Below, piece by piece: positions 1 to 9,800 of a DNA stretch of 64,000 nucleotides (its first letter is position 1; every line of letters starts with the position of its first letter). Made by a program: the position numbers and the translations under genes. This DNA is from Gemmatimonadales bacterium. GTDB taxonomy: Bacteria; Gemmatimonadota; Gemmatimonadetes; Gemmatimonadales; GWC2-71-9. The stretch covers positions 6,437 to 70,436 of the forward strand of contig JBFXAY010000015.1 in the NCBI GenBank assembly GCA_050183815.1, written 5' to 3'. The notes below the pieces were generated by a model. It was not told the DNA's origin and did no database searches. It saw only the letters and a list, made by a program, of their open reading frames with translations.

Positions 1-1
1 C

Positions 2-151
2 CGCACCGTGATCGCCACCGCAACCGCGCCGGTGTACGCCGAGGCCCTGGAGTTCGCCATCGAGCCGGAAGCGACCGAGGATCAGGCCGTGCTGGTGCTG
101 CGATGGGAGGCCACGGCAGTGCGAATCCCGCTGGCCGCCCAATCTCGCTGA
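2..151 (+). CDS. Partial CDS (C-terminus), possibly DUF2911-like
   Basis: Frame 2 is open from the window edge: ...YAEALEFAIEPEATEDQAVLVLRWEATAVRIPLAAQSR, TGA at 149-151. The 'EFAI...LVLRWE.T.V.IP' pattern resembles DUF2911 C-termini. Confidence 0.5.
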   Translation, partial: RTVIATATAPVYAEALEFAIEPEATEDQAVLVLRWEATAVRIPLAAQSR

Positions 152-289
152 GTGTCGAGAATACGGTGGGGCAAAATCCAAGAGAAGTAGCCGGGACGGT
201 CCAGGTCCGGCGGTAGAATCCCGCAGTTGCAGCGTCTGAAAATCCTTCCCGACGTCCGAGAGCGGCTACCCGATATTCGCTGTTTTCGC

Positions 290-485
290 GAACCATACCC
301 GACTGGATATGGTTCTGATATCGCTTTATATGATATGAGGTTATCACAAGGTTAACTACTGCACATGCAAATGGAGTAGTACCTAATACCAATACTTGCA
401 ACACATTGCATTTACTTTACATAATACAACACTATAACAGGTCAAGACGGTCCCGGCCGAAAAACAAGCCCAACTTATGCAAAGG
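290..485 (+). promoter_or_regulatory. AT-rich promoter region of the 532-6632 operon
   Basis: Only strongly AT-rich tract in the window. TTGCAA (396-401), 18 nt spacer, CATAAT (420-425). Inverted repeats GAACCATA/TATGGTTC (290-297/308-315) and ACTACT/AGTAGT (355-360/375-380). TTGCA repeated 10 bp apart (396, 406). Confidence 0.55.
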
Positions 486-531
486 AAAGCGGGCTGATCG
501 CCAATAATGACGACACCAGCAGGACGAATGC

Positions 532-3474
532 ATGTCTCAGCCAGCCGGAAAATCGGCCGAAAAAGGCGAGAAAGCGGCAGCCCGACCCGGGCGGCCCAGT
601 CGCACCCCGCGCTCGATCCGAGCCCGGGTAGCAACCGCCGTTGCCATTGCCGTGGCGGCCATGGTACTGGTCTCCCTGGCCGTGGCCGGGCGAACGGCGC
701 TCGCCTTCCGGAATCTCGAGCGACGCCAGTATGCGGGGCTCGCGGCTGAGTCCAAGCTCCGGCTTGATCGATTGATCGAGCGGGACCGGGCCCGGATGAT
801 GGAGGTCGGGTTCAACGACGTCCTGTACGCCTACGCAGCCGGTGCCGCGACCGACACGGCGTCGCTGTCGGCCTTCATCGGCCGGTTCACCCTGCAGTTC
901 GGTGACCGGTTCGTCGGCGCCTACGACCTGTCCGGCCGGCGGCTTCTCGGCTGGCGTGCCGCGGGCGCCGAGCCGCTCGAGCAGGTCGCCGCGGCCAACC
1001 CCTTCTTCCGGATTCTCGACAACCGCGAGCCCGCGGCCGGGATCGTCCAGCAGGGCAGCAATCTCTACTGGGTCGCCGGCGCCCCGATCCTGCCGGCCAA
1101 CTATACCGATCAGAATCAGCCGATTCGCGGCTATCTCGTCGTCGCCCAGCCGTTCGTTCCCGGGATGATCGCTCCCGCCCTGGTCGAACGGGCCGGGCGG
1201 CTCGAGCTGATGGCGACCGCACCCGGCGCCTCGCCGTTCGTGACCCGGGTCGACCGCGCCTCGTCGGCCGACAGCAGCCGGATCACCTATACGGTGGCCG
1301 ACATCTTCGCCCAGCAGACGACGCTGGCCACGGCCACCGTCAGCCGGGCCGAGTTCCGCGGCGCCGAGCAGCGGATCCAGCTGATCGTGCTCCTCGGCAT
1401 CGTCGTGCTCTCTGCCCTCGGCTGGGCGGGGTACCGGACCGCCCGGGGCTGGTTCGTCGATCCGATGGAGGCGTTGGCCCGGTCGCTCGCGCCGGCGCAG
1501 GCGGGACAGACGCCCGGCCTCGTCACGCCGGTGTCCGCCGCCGCCGAATGGATGACGGTCACCGGCGCGGTCAACCGCCTGATCTCCAACGCGCGGAGCG
1601 GCAGCGAGCGGTTCGAGCGGCTCACCGCGGCCGGACGCGACGGGCTGTTCGAGCGCGACCTGGGGTCCGGCGACTGGCTCGTGAACGGCCGATTTCGCAC
1701 CCTGGCCGGACTGGGCGAGAGCGATCGCGTCTCGCTCGCCACCCTGCAGCAGCGGCTCGACCCCGCGGCGAGCGAGTTTCTCCAGTGGCTCGGCGCGCCG
1801 CTCCCGGTCCCGGCCAGTGCCTCGATCGAGACCCGGCTCCGGCGTCCCGACAGCGGCGACTGGCTGCCGGTCGAACTCGTGGCGGAGGTCGGCACCGACG
1901 CCAACGGCGTCCCGGCCCGGGTGGTCGGCCGGCTGGCACCGATCGACGATGTGCGCGCCGCGGCCGAGTCGGCGGCGGCGAGTGCGGCGGCCCGGCAGGA
2001 GGAGCGCCGGGAAATGGGCGCCTTCCTCGGGGCGATTGCCCGGACGCTGCCGCCTGCGGCCGATGGGCGAGGCCCGGGGGAGTATCTGGGCTTCATCGGC
2101 GCCGGCCTTCGCGGAACGCTGACCGCGGAACCCGCTCCGTTCGATCTCTACTCGTTGCTCCAGCGGCTGGCCGCCTCGGCCGCCGACGCGGAGATCACGA
2201 TCGTTCCCGGCGTCCCGGAGCGGGTGACCGGTGACCGCCGCCTCCTCGAGGCCGCGGTGGCGGCGCTGCTGCCCCTCTCGACCGGGAGCCGGATCGGGTT
2301 GCGAGTCGACCAGCCCGAACGGCACCGGCCGGAGCTGCTCCGGTTCACCGTCGAGGAGCGGGCCGACGAGGTCGACGCCGCCCGCGCCGACCGCATCAAC
2401 CGAGCGCTCACCACCGGCCAGGCCGACGGTGAGTTGCTGGTGGAATGCCGGGCCGCGCACCATCTCGCGGCGGCGCTGGGCGGTGCGGCGGGTCTCGAGC
2501 GCGATCGGGCGCTGCTCCGGCTCTGGGTGTCCGCGGTGCTTCCGGGCGCCGCGATTCCCGGTGCTGCGGTCGAGGAGACCGCTGCGACCCCGGCCTGGGA
2601 CGAGCCGACGACGTTCGAACTCGACGGCGACCCAACCGTGCCCGCCGAACCGGCGACCTTCAAGGCGCGGCCGTCGCGGCCCGAGCCGGCCGTCGAACTC
2701 GTGGCCGACGCCACCGTCACCATCAATTTCGACGACCCGGTCGCCGCAGCACCGCCGGTCGGGACCGCCTTCAGGACCCGGTTGCTGGACGGCGCGGCCG
2801 ACGCGCGGGACGCGGTCCGGGCGGCCCTCGGTGACGTCCCCGGCTGTCTCGGCGAGATCCGCCGGGCGCTCCACGCCGGCGCATCGCGGGCCGCGGTCGC
2901 CTCGGCCGAGACGATCACCCGCCTGGCCCAGGCCATCGACGCCACGCCGTTGCGCACTGCGGCGGCCGATCTGATCGACAGCCTCGACAATCAGTACGCC
3001 GAATCGGTGACCGACCAGGTGACCAACCTCGAAGGCGCCTGGACGGCGGTGGAGGTTGCGCTCGCCGAGATCGAATCCCGGCTGCCCCCGATGCCGGCGC
3101 TGCCGGCGCCGGCTGTCGCTCCTCCCGCGGCCGAACCCGCGATCGACCCGGCAACGCTGAGCCAGCTCTCCGCGTCGCTCGGGTCGGGACTGGGCGGCCA
3201 GCTGCTGACGCTGTTTCTGACCGAGGCGCCGCTCCGGCTCGAGGCCGTCGAGCAGGCGGCCCGGGCAAGTGACTGGCAGACGGTCCGGGCCACGGCCCGC
3301 GACCTCAAGGGCATGTGTGCCCTGGTCGGGGCGGGCCCGCTGGCCGCCTCGTGCGAGAGGATGGCCGCCGTGGACGGACCGACCGAATGGACCGCCTTGC
3401 TCGCCCTCCGGTCGGAGTGGGAGCGGGTGCAACACGTACTCGAGGGACTGATGGGCGCCAGAACGGTCGCCTAA
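532..3474 (+). CDS. Membrane sensor pseudo-histidine kinase: TM-CHASE4-like-TM-HAMP-PAS-degenerate HisKA/HATPase-2x His-less Hpt
   Basis: Two hydrophobic TM segments flank a periplasmic domain. PAS start 'ERFERL...DGLFERDL'. H-box remnant FLGAIARTL (canonical FLATMSHEI). 'VTGDRRLL' HATPase entry with no N, G1 or G2 boxes. C-terminal Hpt 'ARDLKGMCALVGA..LA..C'. Confidence 0.75.
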   Translation: MSQPAGKSAEKGEKAAARPGRPSRTPRSIRARVATAVAIAVAAMVLVSLAVAGRTALAFRNLERRQYAGLAAESKLRLDRLIERDRARMMEVGFNDVLYAYAAGAATDTASLSAFIGRFTLQFGDRFVGAYDLSGRRLLGWRAAGAEPLEQVAAANPFFRILDNREPAAGIVQQGSNLYWVAGAPILPANYTDQNQPIRGYLVVAQPFVPGMIAPALVERAGRLELMATAPGASPFVTRVDRASSADSSRITYTVADIFAQQTTLATATVSRAEFRGAEQRIQLIVLLGIVVLSALGWAGYRTARGWFVDPMEALARSLAPAQAGQTPGLVTPVSAAAEWMTVTGAVNRLISNARSGSERFERLTAAGRDGLFERDLGSGDWLVNGRFRTLAGLGESDRVSLATLQQRLDPAASEFLQWLGAPLPVPASASIETRLRRPDSGDWLPVELVAEVGTDANGVPARVVGRLAPIDDVRAAAESAAASAAARQEERREMGAFLGAIARTLPPAADGRGPGEYLGFIGAGLRGTLTAEPAPFDLYSLLQRLAASAADAEITIVPGVPERVTGDRRLLEAAVAALLPLSTGSRIGLRVDQPERHRPELLRFTVEERADEVDAARADRINRALTTGQADGELLVECRAAHHLAAALGGAAGLERDRALLRLWVSAVLPGAAIPGAAVEETAATPAWDEPTTFELDGDPTVPAEPATFKARPSRPEPAVELVADATVTINFDDPVAAAPPVGTAFRTRLLDGAADARDAVRAALGDVPGCLGEIRRALHAGASRAAVASAETITRLAQAIDATPLRTAAADLIDSLDNQYAESVTDQVTNLEGAWTAVEVALAEIESRLPPMPALPAPAVAPPAAEPAIDPATLSQLSASLGSGLGGQLLTLFLTEAPLRLEAVEQAARASDWQTVRATARDLKGMCALVGAGPLAASCERMAAVDGPTEWTALLALRSEWERVQHVLEGLMGARTVA

Positions 3475-3491
3475 CGCCGAGGAAGAAGCCA

Positions 3492-6400
3492 ATGACCGAT
3501 ACCGAACGCGAATTCTCCTCCGCCTCCGACCAGGCCGGCCGCGGCCGCAGCCCCGGGGTGGCCGACTATCTCGTTGCGATGAGCCATGAGCTTCGGGCTC
3601 CGCTCAACGCGATCATCGGGATGTCGGGACTGCTCCTCGAGGACGAGCTGGAGCCGAAGCAGCGCCAGTACGTCAAGAGCCTGCACGGCGCGGGGGAGAG
3701 TCTCTCGGCGATCATCAACGACGTCCTCGACCTCGCCCGGACGGCCGGCAGCCGCCTGGTCATCGAACCGATCGCCTTCGACCTCAAGTCGACGATCGAG
3801 GAGACGGCCAGCGCCCTCTCGCCGCGGGCCGCCGAGCGCGGACTCACGCTGCGGGTCGACTGGCGGCCCGAACTGCCGCGGCAGGTGGTCGGCGATCCGG
3901 GCCGGACCCGCCAGGTCCTCGGCAACCTCGTCGGTCACGCGGTCAACGCGATGAGCCAGGGCGAAGTGGTCATCCGGGTACAGCCCGACGGTGACCGTGA
4001 CGGAACCGCCTCGATCCGTTTCGTGGTCGAGGACACCGGCATCGGCATCTCGCCGGCCCGGCTCGAACGGATCTTCCAGGACTATATCCCGGTCGACGCG
4101 TCGCCCTACCGCTCCTTCGGCGTCACGGGGCTCGGCCTCCGGCTCTCCGCTGAGCTGGTGCGGCTCATGGGCGGCCAGATCGGCGCCGAGAGCAACGCCG
4201 GCCAGGGCACCCGGCTCTGGTTCTCGCTCCCGATGGCGGCGGCCGAGGCGCCCAGCGTCACGGTGCGCGAGCCGGCGGTAGGCGGTCGGATGCTGATCGT
4301 CGAGGCCGATCCGTCGAGCCGGAGCCGGATGTCCGATCAGGTGGAATCGGTCGGCTGGTCGGTCGACTTCTGCGACGATCTCGAAGGTCTCGTCGAGGAA
4401 CTGCGCGAGGCCGAGGCCGTCGGCGACGGCTATCAGGTCTGCTGCTTCTCCCACTACGCCGTGCGGCCGGTGCACCTCGACCTGGCCACCCGGCTCAAGG
4501 CGGATCCGTCCCTGGGCCGGATCTCGCTCGTGATGATCACCGCCGTCGGCAGTCCGGGCGACGGGAAGAAGCTCTGGCACGCCGGCTTCGCTGCGTACCT
4601 CCGGAAGCCGGTCTCCTCCGAGGAGTTCAGCGAGACCCTCGCGGCGCTCCAGCAGGTGGACCATCAGGGCCGGGGCCCCATGCTGATCACCCGCCACTCG
4701 CTGGCCGAGGCCCGGAACGCCCAGACGTTCGAGACCGAAGGCATCGACGAGATGCTGGCCAGTCTCACCGCCCCGGAGCCGTTGCCGGCGCCGGATGCGG
4801 AGGTCGTGGCCGCGGCACCGGAGCCGATCGCGGAAACCGAGGCTCCGGCGAGCGACGACGCGCTGGAAAATTGGCTGGCGTCATTGCCGGCCCCCGAGGG
4901 ATCGGGACCGGCCGAAGGGCTGGACGCCGCCGAGGAGGTTGTCGGCAACGCGACGGACGACATCGCGGTACCGGCGGCTCAGGCCGACGAGCCGTCGCTC
5001 GGGTTCGAGGAACCGGCGCTGACCGCGGACCCGGACGGGCCGGCCGTCGTCGAGGCGCCGGTCGTCCTGGAACAGCCGGTCGCACCGATGACGCCGGATA
5101 CCGCGGATGAGACCCCGGTGGTTGCGTTGCCGCTGTTCGCCGGGGCACCGGAGGCGCCCCGGGCCGGGCCGGCGGCGGACGAATCCACCGACGAGGAGGC
5201 GCCGGTCTTCCTTCATGTCGACGTACCCGAGGAACCGATGTCCGCCGCGGCCGAGCCGACGCTCGAGGTCGCGGTCGACGTCGATCTCGATCTCGACGCT
5301 GCCGCGGCAATCGAACCGGAGGACGAGGGTCCGGTGGCCGGACTCGTGGCACCCGGCGCGAGCCTCACCGACGGGCCCGACGCGGACGTTACACCGGTCC
5401 CGCAGCTCGACGTGCCCGAATGGGAGGACGCCACGCCGGTCGACGCCGTCGACGGATTGATCACCCCCGACATCGATTCGGATCGCGACGCGGTCGTCGA
5501 GCCGTTCGATGTGGCCGGCATCGGCGATCCGATCTTCCCGGTGGAGACCGAGGAATCGGCAGCCGAACCCGCGACCGCCGGCGCCCCGGCGCCGGAAGCG
5601 GAACCGGCCGCGGCGTTCGATCTTCACCTGGACGACGTCGCCGCCGACGACCGCGAGGCGGCTCCGACGCCGATCGAGGCCATTGCCGAAATCGACCCGG
5701 CGGCCGAGGCGCCGGCGATCTCCCTCGGCACCGACGACCTGGCCATCGAGTCGTCGCCCGATTCGCCGGTGCTCGAACCGACCGTCGACGGCAGCGCCCT
5801 CGGCCTGCTGGCCGACACGCCGGACCTCGAGCCCCAGCCCGACGGCGGCGACGACGGCCTTGGCCTGATGTCGACGGGGGACTTCGTGTCCGCCGAACCG
5901 GTGGGGGCGGGCGCTGCGGTGCCGGACACCGGCCACCTGGACGTCGTCGGCTTCGCGATCGTGGACCAGCTCTCGCACGGTGGCGGGTTCTTCACCCAGT
6001 ACACCGTGGCGTCGTTCGCGCGGGATACGCCGGCATTGATCGCCGGCCTCGCGAGCAAGGCCGCCCGGGCCGACCGCGACCGGAGCCGGGCGGATCTCGA
6101 AGCGGTGACGGCGGCCGCGCAATCGGTCGGTGCCGCGCGCCTCGAGGCACTGGCCCAGCATGCCCTGGCGGAGGTGGCCGAGGGGCGGACGGAGTTCAGC
6201 GGCGTCCTCGGCGCGATGGAGGCCGCGTTCCTCGAGGCCCGGGCCGCGCTCGAGCGCTCGGCCCCGGCGGGCCTCCCGGCCGATCAACCGGCCGTGGGGA
6301 CGGCGTTCGCGGACCAGTTGTCGCCGGCGAACGACGGGCCGGCCCGGATGCTGGCGCTCAAACTGGTCGACTCGTTCACCGTCGAGGCACCTGCGCGGGT

Positions 6401-6632
6401 GGCCGACCTCAAGTCGGCGGTCACTGCGGGCGAGGCGGACGGGGCGCAGCGGGTGGCCCAGACCCTCAAGGGGATGTGCGGTCTGATCGGCGCCGAGCCG
6501 CTGGCCAAGCTCTGCGCTCTCGTCGAGGCTGACGCGCGGCTCAAGCGAGTGAACCTGGCCGAGCGGTATCTCGGCCCGATCGAACTCGAACTGGGCCGGG
6601 TCCAGCAGGGGCTGGCACGCGCTCGCGGCTGA
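3492..6632 (+). CDS. Cytoplasmic atypical hybrid kinase: HisKA-HATPase-pseudoREC-acidic disordered linker-2x His-less Hpt
   Basis: H-box MSHELRAPLNAIIG intact. N-box NLVGHA, G1 DTGIG, G2 FGVTGLGL. REC fold (LIVEAD...CCFSH...ITA...YLRKP) lacks the phospho-Asp. Hpt 'AQTLKGMCGLIGA'. ATG 3492 follows GAGGAAG. Confidence 0.8.
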   Translation: MTDTEREFSSASDQAGRGRSPGVADYLVAMSHELRAPLNAIIGMSGLLLEDELEPKQRQYVKSLHGAGESLSAIINDVLDLARTAGSRLVIEPIAFDLKSTIEETASALSPRAAERGLTLRVDWRPELPRQVVGDPGRTRQVLGNLVGHAVNAMSQGEVVIRVQPDGDRDGTASIRFVVEDTGIGISPARLERIFQDYIPVDASPYRSFGVTGLGLRLSAELVRLMGGQIGAESNAGQGTRLWFSLPMAAAEAPSVTVREPAVGGRMLIVEADPSSRSRMSDQVESVGWSVDFCDDLEGLVEELREAEAVGDGYQVCCFSHYAVRPVHLDLATRLKADPSLGRISLVMITAVGSPGDGKKLWHAGFAAYLRKPVSSEEFSETLAALQQVDHQGRGPMLITRHSLAEARNAQTFETEGIDEMLASLTAPEPLPAPDAEVVAAAPEPIAETEAPASDDALENWLASLPAPEGSGPAEGLDAAEEVVGNATDDIAVPAAQADEPSLGFEEPALTADPDGPAVVEAPVVLEQPVAPMTPDTADETPVVALPLFAGAPEAPRAGPAADESTDEEAPVFLHVDVPEEPMSAAAEPTLEVAVDVDLDLDAAAAIEPEDEGPVAGLVAPGASLTDGPDADVTPVPQLDVPEWEDATPVDAVDGLITPDIDSDRDAVVEPFDVAGIGDPIFPVETEESAAEPATAGAPAPEAEPAAAFDLHLDDVAADDREAAPTPIEAIAEIDPAAEAPAISLGTDDLAIESSPDSPVLEPTVDGSALGLLADTPDLEPQPDGGDDGLGLMSTGDFVSAEPVGAGAAVPDTGHLDVVGFAIVDQLSHGGGFFTQYTVASFARDTPALIAGLASKAARADRDRSRADLEAVTAAAQSVGAARLEALAQHALAEVAEGRTEFSGVLGAMEAAFLEARAALERSAPAGLPADQPAVGTAFADQLSPANDGPARMLALKLVDSFTVEAPARVADLKSAVTAGEADGAQRVAQTLKGMCGLIGAEPLAKLCALVEADARLKRVNLAERYLGPIELELGRVQQGLARARG

Positions 6633-6650
6633 ACCGCGGATACCGCAGCA

Positions 6651-6689
6651 GGAGAGCGGGGGCGGCCGAGCGGGTCGCCCCCGCTCTTC
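6651..6689 (+). terminator. Strong GC hairpin, probable terminator
   Basis: 17-bp stem GGAGAGCGGGGGCGGCC/GGTCGCCCCCGCTCTTC with two G-U pairs and a 5-nt loop, just after the stop at 6632. The U-tract is weak. Confidence 0.6.
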
Positions 6690-6821
6690 GTTGGCGGCCG
6701 GCGGGACCTCGAGCCGTCGCGTTCCCTTCCGGGCGGTGGGTCCTCTAGCCGCCACCGCCGGGCGGCTTTAGGGTTCGGGATGATCGGGACGCCGATCACA
6801 TCCTTTCCCGGAGCCACCGCC

Positions 6822-9800
6822 ATGCCATTCCCGACCGTCCGGCTGCTCCCGGCCGCGGCCGTTCTCGTTCTGGTCGCCACGCCGGCAGCCGCCCAGCGTC
6901 GTACGGCCCGACCCGCCGCTCCACCCGCCCTCGATCCCGCCTGGCTCGACGGGCTCACCTGGCGGAACGTCGGCCCCTTCCGCGGCGGCCGGGCTACGAC
7001 CATCACCGGCGTGCCGGGCCAGCCCATGGTCTACTACTTCGGCGCCACCGGCGGCGGGATCTGGAAGACCGACGATGCCGGTGCGACCTGGAAGCCGATC
7101 GCCGATGGCCAGCTGCGGATGGGGTCCGTCGGCTCCATCGCCGTGGCGGCCGGCGATCCGGCCGTGATCTACGCCGGCACGGGCGAAGCTCCGGTCCGCG
7201 GCGTGTCGTCGTCGTTCGGCGACGGGATGTACAAGTCCACCGACGCCGGGAAGACCTGGCGTCACACCGGGCTCGCCGGCTCGCGGACGATTTCCCGCGT
7301 CCTGGTTCACCCCCGGAACGCCGATCTGGTCTACGTCGCGGCCCAGGGCAGCCGGTGGGGCCCCAGCGCCGAACGGGGCGTCTATCGATCCACCAACGGG
7401 GGATCGGACTGGAAACTCGTTCTGAGTGGCGATTCGCTCACCGGACCGGCGGACCTCGCCATGGATCCCTCGAACCCCCGGATCCTCTACGCCGCGATGT
7501 GGGACGCGCAGCGCACCCCCTGGTTCGCCCGCAGTGGCGGACCCGGCAGCGGGATCTGGAAGTCGGTCGACGGCGGCGACTCCTGGACCCGGCTGACCCG
7601 CGGCCTGCCCGCGCTGATGGGCAAGATCGGTCTGGCGGTGTCGGCGGCGGATCCGAACCGGATCTGGGCCATCGTCGAAGCGGACGCGGGCGGCCTCTAC
7701 CGCTCCGACGATGCCGGCGCCAGCTGGACGCTCGTCAACGGTGACCGGGTGCTTCACGCCCGCGCCTGGTACTACATGCGGGTGACCGCCGACCCGGCCA
7801 ATCGCGACCTCGTGTACGTGATCAACGCCCCGGTGCTCAAATCGATCGACGGCGGGAAGAGCTTCACCGAGCTGGCCGATCCCCACGGCGACAACCATGA
7901 CGTCTGGATCAATCCGGCCAACCCCGCCAATCTCGCCAAGGCCGACGATGGGGGCGGCGTGGTCTCGTTCAACGGCGGCGTTACCTGGTCCAGCCAGATG
8001 AACCAGCCGACCGCGCAGTTCTACCGCGTCAGCGTGGACGACCGCTACCCGTACTGGCTCTACAGCGGCCAGCAGGACAACTCCTCCGTGGCCATCCCGA
8101 GCGCGGTCACCGGACCGGGCATCGGGAACGATGCCTTCCGCGACGCCGGCGGCTGCGAGAGTGCCCATGTGGCGTTCGATCCGGCTGATCCCCGCTACCT
8201 CTACGCCAACTGCTACGGCGGAATCATCACGGAGTACGACCGGGACCTGGGCCAGGCCCGCAACGTGATGGCCTATCCGTTTCTCGGCCTCGGGGAACCG
8301 AGCGACAAGATGAAGTACCGTTGGAACTGGTCGAGCCCGATCATCACCTCGCCCCACGATCGGAAGGTGATCTACCACGGCGGGAACGTGCTGTTCCGGT
8401 CGAACGACCGGGGCCAGAGCTGGACCGCCGTGAGTCCCGACCTGACCCGCAACGACAGGAGCCGGCAGGGTCCCGGCGGCGGCCCGATCACCAACGAAGG
8501 CGCCGGCGGCGAGGTCTACAACACGATCTATTACGTGGCGGAATCGCCGGTGCAACAGGGTGTGCTGTGGGTGGGTACCGACGACGGTCTGGTGCAGCTG
8601 ACCCGGGACGGCGGCCGGACCTGGGCCAACGTGACCCCGGCCGGGCTGGCCGAGAGCCTGATCAACATGGTCGAGCCCTCGACCCGGAGCGCGGGTACGG
8701 CATTGATCGCCGTGAGCCGCTACAAGTGGAACGACAACACCCCACTCGTCTTCCGCACCACCGACTTCGGCGCCACCTGGACCCCGTTCACCGCGGGGTT
8801 GCCCGCCGGGGAAATCGTTCGCGTGGTCCGGGAAGACCCCGAGCGGGAAGGGCTCCTCTACGCGGGAACCGAAACGGGCTTCTGGGTTTCGAGCGGCGGC
8901 GGCCCCTGGCAGCGGCTCCAGCTCAACCTGCCCCACGTTCCGATCACCGACATCCGGGTCCATCACGGCGACCTCGTGATCGCGACCGAAGGCCGGGCCT
9001 TCTGGATTCTCGACGACATCACGCCGGTTCGGGATCTGGCCGGCGGATCCGCCAACAGTCCGGTCCTGTTCCCGATCCGCACCGCGGTTCGCACTTTCCT
9101 GGGCTCGAACGCGCCGCCGCCTCCCGGCATGGGGCGCAACGCTCCGCAGGGGGCGATCATTTCGTTCCGGATCGCGGACACGAGCGCCGTGGCCCGGCTC
9201 GAGATGCTCGACGGCACCGGCAAAGCGGTCCGGACCTATGCGTCCGATGCCAAGCCGCCGGCGGGCCGCCTCGCGATCCGGTCCGGATTCAACCGCATGG
9301 TCTGGGACCTCCGCGGCGAAGGTCCCACCCGCGTCGAGGGACTCGGCCCCGCCGGCGGCGGCGCGAGCGGGTACCGGCTGGCGCCTGGCCGCTACCAGGC
9401 CCGCCTCACCACCGGCGACGCCGTGCTCACGCAGAGCTTCGAGGTCGTCGCCGATCCGCGCACCCGCCCCGCGCCGGCCGCCGTGGCCGAGCAGCAGCGG
9501 GCCCTCGGTCAGGTGTGGGGGCGGGTCGATGAGATCAACCGGCGCGCCAATCAGCTCCGCTCGGTCCGGCAGCAGGTCAAGGCGCTCGTCGAGCGGGTGG
9601 CCGCCCGGGCGGACGCCGACACCATTCGGACCACCGCGGAGCATCTCACGGCCGCGATCGACTCGGTCGAATTGCTCATCATCAATCCCCGGATCAAGAC
9701 CTTCCAGGACGTCATCAACTTCCGGAACGGGTTGAGCGATCAGTACCAGGACCTCGCCGGCGCGATCGACGGCACCGACGAGCCGGTCACGGCCGGGATG

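Noticed and set aside
165-270. Possible riboswitch (GGGCAAA; GTAGCCG/CGGCTAC pairing)
   Set aside because: Lacks the GAAA loop and second GCAAA of c-di-GMP-I. Short pairings are expected at this GC content. An Rfam scan would settle it.
330-440. Possible replication origin (AT-rich, GTTATCACAA)
   Set aside because: Not a match to TTATCCACA, no cluster of DnaA boxes and no dnaA/dnaN nearby.
475-9644. Long antisense ORFs (475-3492, 4881-6755, 6768-9644 and similar ones throughout)
   Set aside because: Shadow ORFs of high-GC coding strands, Arg/Gly/Pro-rich with no domain motifs.
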